Assembly: GCA_903928915.1 (NCBI GenBank)
Contig: CAIYSL010000102.1
Location: 2,035 to 66,034 of the forward strand
DNA length: 64,000 nt
Source of the DNA: an uncultured Syntrophobacterales bacterium
GTDB lineage: Bacteria > Desulfobacterota > Syntrophia > Syntrophales > UBA5619
Direction of reading: 5' to 3'
Shown piece after piece: positions 44,913-52,466 of the stretch; position 1 is the first letter of the stretch, and every line of letters starts with the position of its first letter. Below the pieces are notes generated by a model. That model was not told the DNA's origin and made no database searches. It was given only the letters and a program-made list of their open reading frames with translations. The translations under genes and the position numbers were made by a program.

Positions 44913-45848
44913 TTAGATTTCCGTAGGCAACAGCACGGTAATCCGCGTCCCTCGTCCGTGTTCACTGTCGATCTTGATCGTCCCGCGATGCTTGTCGATG
45001 ATCCCTTTGCTAATCGATAAACCCAATCCCGTATTCTTGGAGTCGTTCTTCGTGGTAAAGAAGGGATCAAAAACCTTGCGGAGCAGTTCCTCGGAAATTC
45101 CCTGACCGGTGTCGGACACAACAATTCGCACACAGGGCTGCGCCATCTGGTCTTCGCAGGTATCGGTAAGGATGGCAAGCATTCCTCCCTCCGGCATCGC
45201 TTCGAGGGAGTTCATGAACAGATTGGTTAATACTTGTTTGATCTGAGTGCTGTCCATGACGATCTTCGGGAGGTCAGGGGCATACTGCTTTCTCACTTTG
45301 ATACGCTTTTCCTCGAGCATATGCTCGACAAAAGACAAGGCTTCGTCGATGATCGGGGAGAGATCCAGTTCTTCCCTCTTCAGGGATATCTCGCGGGAGA
45401 AACTCAGCAGCCCCTTCACAATATTATCTGCCCGCAGGGCTGATTTTTCTATCCGCGCCGCCACGTCGAGGAGCCGCTCGTCCTCGTGCAGGACCTTCTT
45501 CAAGAACTCGCTCCCTTGGACAATGATCGCGATCGGATTCTTCACTTCGTGAGCCACGCCTGCCGCAACCGCGCCCAGCGCCGCGAGCTTTTCCGCCTGG
45601 ATGAGCTGTTTTTGCGTCCGCTCCTTTTCTTCCAGGGCCTCCTTGCGTGAATTGATCAGATTCTGCGTAAAAAGACCATACCCGATCACCAGAGCCGCAA
45701 TCAGGGTCCGGGTCAGGTAGTGCCCCGAGGAGATCACATCGAATATCCAGTAGAAGACCACCATCATCACGGCGATCAGGAACAGGCCGTAACTCTCGAT
45801 CTTTGCCTGCAACGATGCTTTCTCGACTTTCATAGTCTGATCAACCAT
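44913..45848 (-). CDS. Histidine kinase with N-terminal 2-TM hairpin (paralog of 42493..43458)
   Basis: H-box AGVAHEVKNPIAI; NLFMNSLEAM, SDTGQGI, NTGLGLSISKGII. Start uncertain (ATG at 45848 or 45833; the track ORF extends to 45884). Confidence 0.88.
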   Translation of the reverse strand: MVDQTMKVEKASLQAKIESYGLFLIAVMMVVFYWIFDVISSGHYLTRTLIAALVIGYGLFTQNLINSRKEALEEKERTQKQLIQAEKLAALGAVAAGVAHEVKNPIAIIVQGSEFLKKVLHEDERLLDVAARIEKSALRADNIVKGLLSFSREISLKREELDLSPIIDEALSFVEHMLEEKRIKVRKQYAPDLPKIVMDSTQIKQVLTNLFMNSLEAMPEGGMLAILTDTCEDQMAQPCVRIVVSDTGQGISEELLRKVFDPFFTTKNDSKNTGLGLSISKGIIDKHRGTIKIDSEHGRGTRITVLLPTEI

Positions 45849-45976
45849 CGGAATTAGGGAGAGAGACGTACCGCGTCCGTGCACATAAAATACACTTATT
45901 GTGCCCTAATATCAATAAAAAAATCGGAAGACAGTCATCTTCGCATGGGCAAAGACGCGCTGGGATACGCGAACAC

Positions 45977-46456
45977 TCAGGGTATGAAACCGGTGTTATT
46001 CACTATGGTGATGTTCTCCGAGGCCGTTCCCCGGGAGAGGGTGATCGTCTGTTCAGTGGGAATCTCCGTTCCGCCACTATCAACCGGGATACCCATATGA
46101 TTGAAATTATAGGTTTTACCCACGCCGGCCGTCACGGTTATCGTGGCCGGCAAGGTATGCGTTTGCGTACGTTCGCCGGGAAGCAGGAAAGAGGTTTGTA
46201 CGTTGTTTTCGTACAGAACATAGGAACCGCTATTGGGCACATGAATCCCCCAGGGCACCTCGTCATTCATGGCCTTGAGCTGCGCATACCGGAGGTGAGA
46301 TTTCAATATCTCCATCTGGACGGCCAGCTCCGTCCGGTCGGCCTCCGGTCGTGATGACACAACCACCACGACCACGGCCAGGATGATCAGCACCATGACC
46401 ATTTCTATGATCGTGAATCCACGGTTTCGCGGATGGGCTTTCCCGAGGCATTCCAT
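45977..46456 (-). CDS. Minor (pseudo)pilin with prepilin-type N-terminal methylation motif (GspH/FimT-like)
   Basis: RNRG|FTIIEMVMVLIILAVVVVV is a class III signal peptide; 159 aa. Confidence 0.85.
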   Translation of the reverse strand: MECLGKAHPRNRGFTIIEMVMVLIILAVVVVVVSSRPEADRTELAVQMEILKSHLRYAQLKAMNDEVPWGIHVPNSGSYVLYENNVQTSFLLPGERTQTHTLPATITVTAGVGKTYNFNHMGIPVDSGGTEIPTEQTITLSRGTASENITIVNNTGFIP

Positions 46457-46750
46457 GGTCGAATCATCCGTGAGGGGGAGCGGAGTCCACAGTGAAACCC
46501 GGCTGGCTGCGTCCCATGGGTACCATATATATACGTTTCAACGCCCAATTGCGACAGATTTCAATCAACCCGGAGAACTGCCGCTACCCAGCCCGGAAGG
46601 GGAAATTTTTCCGTCGGCTGTCAGCAAGCCCTAAATATCCTTGACATACAATGCACTTTTCCCCTATTCTCCACTTAGGGAAAAGAAGCGGTTATTGTCA
46701 TCCCGCGCTGGAACAGTAAGGGTCAGGCATCCTGTCCCCAGGAAAGCAGT

Positions 46751-47443
46751 TTGAAGATTTTCGGCAAGAATCGGAATAGCCCCCCCGTGACGGCGCCGGC
46801 AGAACGCCCTCCCTCTGGTTTTACCCTGCTCGAAATCATCATCACGCTCATGCTCGCTGCGGTGTTTGCCACCTCGATGTACGTCTATTTCGGGAAAACC
46901 CTCTCGGACAGCGTCGCACCCGTCACCCGGCTGCGGAGCTCGGCCTCCCTGCAGCGGGTGCTGGAAAACATCCGGGCCGATTACAACGGTTATCCGAAGT
47001 GGCGAAGGGAGACGGTGTATACCACGAGCGATTATGTCATTCCTACCAACTTCAACGGCTATTACTACCAATGCACCACGGCCGGGACCAGCGGCACGAC
47101 CGAACCGGTCTGGCCGGAGAACAGCGGCGCCACCGTGACGGACAACGGCGTCGTCTGGACGAGACAGAATGCCGATCTACAAGTCAGGTGGACCTCGAAT
47201 TTCCTGACGACGCTCAGCGGAAGAATCGGACCGGAGGGATCCGATCAAACGGCAAACAACTACGGCAAGAATCCCGATGGTGTGACCTATACCCAATACC
47301 GCGTCATCCGCAACCGCTTTACCCAATTCGATGCCAACGGCATCGAGCAAGACGCCGATCCCAACAACTATCGAAATATCCTGAAAGTGACCATGCAGAA
47401 CGACCAGGGGGAAGTATTGACGGCGCTGTTTCTGGCAGGCTGA
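46751..47443 (+). CDS. Minor pilin with prepilin-type N-terminus and a Cys/Trp-containing C-terminal module
   Basis: TTG start. PPSG|FTLLEIIITLMLAAVFA. The C-terminal motif is YYYQCTTAGTSGTTEPVWPENSGATVTDNGVVWT. Confidence 0.8.
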   Translation: MKIFGKNRNSPPVTAPAERPPSGFTLLEIIITLMLAAVFATSMYVYFGKTLSDSVAPVTRLRSSASLQRVLENIRADYNGYPKWRRETVYTTSDYVIPTNFNGYYYQCTTAGTSGTTEPVWPENSGATVTDNGVVWTRQNADLQVRWTSNFLTTLSGRIGPEGSDQTANNYGKNPDGVTYTQYRVIRNRFTQFDANGIEQDADPNNYRNILKVTMQNDQGEVLTALFLAG

Positions 47444-47445
47444 AC

Positions 47446-47946
47446 ATGACCACGAACGCAAAAACGAACATGCGCGCAGACAGGGGTTTTACCCTGATCG
47501 AATTGATCACCGCGATCGTCATTGCGTCGATTCTGGCCGTTGTCGCGGGCATGGGTCTGGTGCAGATCGCCAGCGGCTATCTCTTTGCGAAAAAAACCGC
47601 CGTCGCCGCCGAGCAGACCCAGATCGCCCTGACGCGGCTGAGCAAAGAGCTGAACGGACTGGCCGCCGTCTCCTCGGCTACGGCAACGTCGATCACGTAC
47701 CGGCGGACCGGCGCCGCGGAACAGCCCCATACCCTCGCCTGGACGTCCGCAGGCGGGCCGCTCACGCTTGACGGCCGCCCCCTCATCGACCGTGTCCAGT
47801 CCTTCAGCCTGACCTATCTCGAAAGCTATGACGACGCGAACCGCACCAGATCCTATTCCCCCGCGACCGCGGTTCTCGAACTGATTCTCGAATTGAGGGG
47901 TTACAATGACATTCCGCTCACCTTCGTGCAGCGGGTCACCCTGTAG
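47446..47946 (+). CDS. Minor pilin (PulJ/GspJ/PilW-like)
   Basis: ATG at 47446, within track ORF 46999..47946. ADRG|FTLIELITAIVIASILAVVAG; 166 aa. Confidence 0.85.
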   Translation: MTTNAKTNMRADRGFTLIELITAIVIASILAVVAGMGLVQIASGYLFAKKTAVAAEQTQIALTRLSKELNGLAAVSSATATSITYRRTGAAEQPHTLAWTSAGGPLTLDGRPLIDRVQSFSLTYLESYDDANRTRSYSPATAVLELILELRGYNDIPLTFVQRVTL

Positions 47947-47959
47947 AGAGGTGCATCGC

Positions 47960-49393
47960 TTGTCCCTGTCGAACCAGAAAGGAAACGCACTTCTCTTCGT
48001 CGTGGTGTCGATGACCGTGGTATCGGTGCTCGGAACCGGCGTCTACTTCCTGACCACGACCGCCACCTTCAGCGGCCTCGAAGCGAACAATCAGAACCGC
48101 GCCTATCAACTGGCCGCGGCGGGCCGCGATTATGCCCTGGCCAAGAACCTGCCGGCAACGGCAGGCCGCGACTTCACCATGTCCGAGGGCAACAAATTCC
48201 GTCTCGTGATCAATGGCAACACTATCACCTCCACGGGCATCGTCAGGGAAGGCACCCCCTACGAGACGAGAAGAACGATCACTGTCGATCAGCCGGGATT
48301 CAGCTCAAGAGCAGATATCACTTTTCCGAAAGACATTGCCGCCATGGGCGTTATTCAACCCACGAGCGCCCCCGGCGCATTCCTCAGCAAGACTGCCACG
48401 GCTGTATCGCTGGGCAAAATCGGGGCAGCCTATCAGAGCCAGTTCGGCGCCGTCGTCTATTCCGGCAATGCCGTCCCGGGCAACTGCCTGACGGGAAAGT
48501 GCGACTTCGGCGCCGGATTCACCGCCTTTTTCGTCTTTCAGTTCGCTGCCGGCTCCACGGGCGACGGGTTCACCTTTACCTTCTTCAACGGTAGCAACAA
48601 CACCGCGTCCTCGGTCGGCGGCTACGCGGGACAGGGCGAGCTGCTGGGATATGCCGGCACTTCCTATGTCAGCGCCGGGTATTATCTCGATTCCCTGGGG
48701 AACGGCATCCAGCCTCCCAAGGTCGCCGTGGAATTCGACCCCTTTCAGAACGGCACGAATGCCGTCTGCGCATCGGACAGCCGCTACGATGCATCCCGGA
48801 ACCACATGGCCCTGATGTTCTGGGGCAATACGACGACCATCTGCGGTGCGCTGAACGGCACCGTGGCCGGGCGCTATTCCTTCGACGACAACCGCCACGG
48901 CGCGGGCACCGACAGCGCCGCCGATCCGCTGAACGCCAAGAGTCCTTTGCAGGCAGGGTGGAGCGCCTGCAGTTACTTCAATGGGGACACCAAATGCAGC
49001 GACAGCGACGTGAATTGGCTGTCCAACTGGCTTCTGAATGCGCCGGACAACGTCTATGCCTTCCGGATGGAGGTCACGCGCAGCCTGACGCAAAACGCGA
49101 GCAGCAACTACGACTACAGGATCAAGGCATGGGTGAAGAAATGCGGCAGCGGCGATCTTGCCTGCGCCGCCTATGACGATTCCTCATATTTTGCCAACAC
49201 CAAGCGACCTTACACTCCCGAAACACAGGTCCCACCCGCCCCACCTGACCTCCCCATGCTCGACCGGGCATTCCAGTTGGATGCAACGCGGCATCAGGCC
49301 TTCACTAGGATGCTCTTCGGCTGGACGACTGCGACGGGCGGCGCAACGCAGGAAGTGAACGTCACGAGATTCAAGATGAACTTTCTTAAATAG
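47960..49393 (+). CDS. PilX/GspK-position minor pilin-like protein carrying a C-terminal L-type (legume-like) lectin domain
   Basis: TTG at 47960 (or GTG at 47951). N-terminus SNQKGNALLFVVVSMTVVSVLGTGVYFL is a hydrophobic pilin-like helix without the G|F-E motif. Lectin motifs: GDGFTFTFFNG, GGYAGQGELLGYAG and KVAVEFDPFQN...RNHMALMFWG. Compare legume-lectin ADGxAFF and [LIV]-[STAG]-V-[DEQV]-[FLI]-D-[ST], for which 6 of 7 positions match. Confidence 0.75.
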   Translation: MSLSNQKGNALLFVVVSMTVVSVLGTGVYFLTTTATFSGLEANNQNRAYQLAAAGRDYALAKNLPATAGRDFTMSEGNKFRLVINGNTITSTGIVREGTPYETRRTITVDQPGFSSRADITFPKDIAAMGVIQPTSAPGAFLSKTATAVSLGKIGAAYQSQFGAVVYSGNAVPGNCLTGKCDFGAGFTAFFVFQFAAGSTGDGFTFTFFNGSNNTASSVGGYAGQGELLGYAGTSYVSAGYYLDSLGNGIQPPKVAVEFDPFQNGTNAVCASDSRYDASRNHMALMFWGNTTTICGALNGTVAGRYSFDDNRHGAGTDSAADPLNAKSPLQAGWSACSYFNGDTKCSDSDVNWLSNWLLNAPDNVYAFRMEVTRSLTQNASSNYDYRIKAWVKKCGSGDLACAAYDDSSYFANTKRPYTPETQVPPAPPDLPMLDRAFQLDATRHQAFTRMLFGWTTATGGATQEVNVTRFKMNFLK

Positions 49394-49448
49394 GGCGAGC
49401 CGACAGCACCCTGCGCGCCGGCAGCCCAGGAGAGCGCCGCTGCGAACC

Positions 49449-51533
49449 CTAACGCAGGCTTTCCCTTATCAGCGACAGCAACCTTTTTCTGTCAGGCAGA
49501 TAGGCATGCGCTGCCTGCTCGGCTTCATACTCGTCGATCAGCGAACTCCAGCTTTTCCCGCCTTTCAGCACCATGATCCTGGCAATGGTCTTGTGGAGCT
49601 TTGCCGCATCCCCCCGGTTCGCATACAGTTCGAGCAGCGCCAGATGGGGTTCGACTTCGTCGGTGTATTGAGCCGCGTAGGCCTCCCAGAATAGCGCGGC
49701 CCGGCCGTCGCGGCCCGCTCGCTGGTCAAGCGCCGCCAGCACCCGGGAGACGTCTGTTCCCTCGCCGTCGAGAGCCGCCGCCTTCCATGCCTCCCGGGCG
49801 GACTCGCGGTAGTTCCCTTCTTTGAGCAGAACGAAACTGAGGATTGAACGGAGCCAGGCATTTTCCGGCCAGTGCGCCAGCGCTTCGCGGACGGTCCGTT
49901 CGGCATTCCCGAAATCGGCCAGGCGAATGTGCGTCCGGGCGATGTTTATCCACGTCAGGGGATACTTCGGATTGATCTTCAGGGCGGTCTGAAAATGCTC
50001 CATCGCAGCCGCGTAATCCTTTTTGTAAAAATGGTAGCGGCCCATGTTGTTGATCGGGGCGGCGATCATCGGCATCACCGCGTACCGGTTGCGCTGAAAG
50101 GATTTTTCGTAGGCGTCGTAGGCGTCTTCGTGGAGGCCCCAATTCCAGAGGATGTTCCCCAGGTTGTTCAGCGGCCGGCTCAGATTCGGCGCCTTCGCCA
50201 CGTTGTCCGACCAGAGGATATAGGGGTCCCGGAACAGGAAATTGTACATCTGCACGGTATGCCCCTGGGCAATCAGGACGACGCTTACCGAGAGGGCGAT
50301 CAGGGCCTGCAGGAAAACCCGGGAAGAGAAGTAATGAAGCGCCTGAATCACCCCCAGCGAAAAGGGAACGAAAAACAGCAGCGAAGGGGTGTAATTCGTA
50401 TGCTCGAAGACCAGTTCGAGCGGGATCACGGATCCCTCGATTGCGTGATTCAGGAAGAAGAAGACGATGCAGTAGGAAAGGAGCGGCTTTTTCCGGGCCC
50501 AGGCTATGGCGAGCCCGAGCAAGCCCAGGATGGCGAGGGGAGCGGGCAGCGTTGTCCAGGGAGTGAAAAGCGATGTGGAGATGGTAAAATCGTGGTTCAG
50601 CATCAGGCGGGAGTACAGGGGATAGAACAGCAGGGATGCATAGAAGAGGACGACACGCGTTTCCGTCAGCAGCCGTTCTCCCATGGTGAAGGGTCTGATC
50701 GCGTAATGGTCCAGGCTGAGCAGGGATGGGAGATCGACCCACAGGAGCGCAGCGGCGCAGGCTGCGAGCATCAGGGGAAGCGCATACTTCAGATGCTTGA
50801 TCAATGTGGCCTTATCGATGCCCTGGATCAGGAAGAGATCATAGAGGTAGATGGCCAGGGGAAGCAGGAAGGTGTTTTCCTTGGTCCCGAAGGCCAGGAG
50901 CGCCGCTCCCCCGCTCAAGAAGAAAAAGGCGATTTTTTTGCCGGCGCGCTCGCTCGTCCTCCCCCGGAGATAGAAGAACATGCTCGCGATGTACCACAGC
51001 CCGGCCATGCTCGCCATCCGCTGGACGATGTAGGTGACCGCCGTAACCTGCAGCGGATTGATCGCCCAGAGGAAGGTGGCCAAGAGCGCGATCGAGTACG
51101 AAGACGCCCCATACTCCCCCTGCAGGCGGGGCAGATTCAGCGTCCGGTGGAGAAAGAGGAACAGGACGATGGCGGTCAGGTAGAAGATCAGCAGATTGAC
51201 GATGTGGTAGCCGAGGGGATCCAGACGGCCGAAGTAGTAGTTGATGCCAAAGGAAAGATAGGCGATGGGCCGGGTGATTCGCTTTTGCTCTATCCCGTAG
51301 AAGGTTTTTTGAACATTCTCCCAGTTGAGCGCCGTGAGGTGAACGGAGCGATTCTGCAGAATGCCGGGTTCGTCGTCGAAGACCCAGGTGCCCTGCAGGC
51401 TGTTGCCATAGGTGATAGCGAGGCAGGCAAAGAGGGCAAAGAAGACGAAGAGGTACTTGCGCCCCTCCGGGAAGCACCATTTCACCTTTAAATCAAAATC
51501 ATTGGCCTTATCGATCATTCCCCCCCCCCGCAC
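49449..51533 (-). CDS. GT-C-fold-like polytopic membrane protein (PMT/TMTC-like) with C-terminal TPR repeats
   Basis: ~11 TM helices with an acidic first-loop motif, WVFDDEPGILQN. The C-terminal ~250 aa are TPR-like (NLGNILWNWGLHEDAYDAYEKSF..., YAAAMEHFQTALKINPKY...). Start at 51533 or 51518. Confidence 0.7.
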   Translation of the reverse strand: MRGGGMIDKANDFDLKVKWCFPEGRKYLFVFFALFACLAITYGNSLQGTWVFDDEPGILQNRSVHLTALNWENVQKTFYGIEQKRITRPIAYLSFGINYYFGRLDPLGYHIVNLLIFYLTAIVLFLFLHRTLNLPRLQGEYGASSYSIALLATFLWAINPLQVTAVTYIVQRMASMAGLWYIASMFFYLRGRTSERAGKKIAFFFLSGGAALLAFGTKENTFLLPLAIYLYDLFLIQGIDKATLIKHLKYALPLMLAACAAALLWVDLPSLLSLDHYAIRPFTMGERLLTETRVVLFYASLLFYPLYSRLMLNHDFTISTSLFTPWTTLPAPLAILGLLGLAIAWARKKPLLSYCIVFFFLNHAIEGSVIPLELVFEHTNYTPSLLFFVPFSLGVIQALHYFSSRVFLQALIALSVSVVLIAQGHTVQMYNFLFRDPYILWSDNVAKAPNLSRPLNNLGNILWNWGLHEDAYDAYEKSFQRNRYAVMPMIAAPINNMGRYHFYKKDYAAAMEHFQTALKINPKYPLTWINIARTHIRLADFGNAERTVREALAHWPENAWLRSILSFVLLKEGNYRESAREAWKAAALDGEGTDVSRVLAALDQRAGRDGRAALFWEAYAAQYTDEVEPHLALLELYANRGDAAKLHKTIARIMVLKGGKSWSSLIDEYEAEQAAHAYLPDRKRLLSLIRESLR

Positions 51534-51614
51534 CCCTCACATCATCGCTGCGAAATAGCGACTTTGTGCGCCGCATCAAAGGGCAATCAGCGGGCTAACG
51601 GATAGGGAGCTGAT

Positions 51615-51654
51615 AAAAAAAAGGGAATCTTCCGATCCCCTGCATAGGATTCCC
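51615..51654 (-). terminator. Rho-independent terminator after the pilin gene
   Basis: Minus strand GGGAATC-N18-GATTCCC followed by T8. Confidence 0.6.
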
Positions 51655-51763
51655 CCTGGTAGGCCCCGCCTCAGCAACTCATAGCCTCCACTGCCTCCCC
51701 GCAGCACCTCAGGACCGCCGACCTATGTCGTGCGGCCCTGGAGGCGCAAAGCGCAGGACATCG

Positions 51764-52144
51764 TCAATATACCGATGTGAGGGACCACTGGGCCGGCTCG
51801 TTGATGTTCGCCTGGGCGGTCTTGGTAAAGATGACGCTCTTCCCCTTGAAGGAAACCACCCCGCCGCTGGAAATCGTACCCCAGTCCTGTCCCAGATAGG
51901 TTTCCGGAGGAGTATAATTCGAATTCGCCGCTGCATCCTGCAGCTTGCTCTGGGCAAGCGCCAGGCGTTCGCGGGCGTTCAGCTCAGATACCGCTCCCAG
52001 GGCCGCATTCCGGATGGAATCGGTCCGCATGTCCAGGTATTTCGGGATGGCAACCGCCGCCAGGATCCCCAGAATCACCAGAACCGCGATGATCTCGATG
52101 AGGGTAAACCCTTTCTGGTTGTTCTTGAGCACCGTTGTCTTCAT
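51764..52144 (-). CDS. pilA: Type IV major pilin
   Basis: ATG at 52144 (GAGGAGG upstream). MKTTVLKNNQKG|FTLIEIIAVLVILGILAAVAIPKYLDMR is the canonical type IVa class III signal peptide with Glu5; 126 aa. Confidence 0.9.
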   Translation of the reverse strand: MKTTVLKNNQKGFTLIEIIAVLVILGILAAVAIPKYLDMRTDSIRNAALGAVSELNARERLALAQSKLQDAAANSNYTPPETYLGQDWGTISSGGVVSFKGKSVIFTKTAQANINEPAQWSLTSVY

Positions 52145-52236
52145 TTCGTCCTCCTCTCTCTTGGTACGATGAATCCTTGAATAAATAAGAATTTGCTCCC
52201 CAGATCTCTTTTCGGCACTGATTTTTATCAACAATA

Positions 52237-52253
52237 AAGCACGTTACATGCCA
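52237..52253 (-). promoter_or_regulatory. Sigma-54 (-24/-12) promoter of the pilin gene
   Basis: Minus strand TGGCATGTAACGTGCTT: GG and GC are separated by 10 nt, as in the consensus TGGCAC-N5-TTGCW. It lies ~90 nt upstream of the pilA ATG. Confidence 0.7.
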
Positions 52254-52466
52254 TAAACTCTACCTGGCTACAGGTTAGCCGGAAAAGTTTGCGAGCCCAG
52301 TCCCGGGCAAGAGCACGCTTCACAAATTCAAGTATCAATTATTATTAGAGATAGCAAGATTCTTTCTCGAAGGCAACCCGCCGCAGAAACGCTGGTATTC
52401 CTTACCCATGAGGATAAATGAACCTTTCCGTACCAGGCCATTTATCATCCGAAAGTGATGCCTCAA

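Noticed and set aside
52254-52466. IHF site / upstream activator sequence between the activator gene and the sigma-54 promoter
   Set aside because: The AT-rich stretch (caaattcaagtatcaattattattagag) is suggestive, but I could not fit the WATCAANNNNTTR consensus or a clear dyad. Not called.
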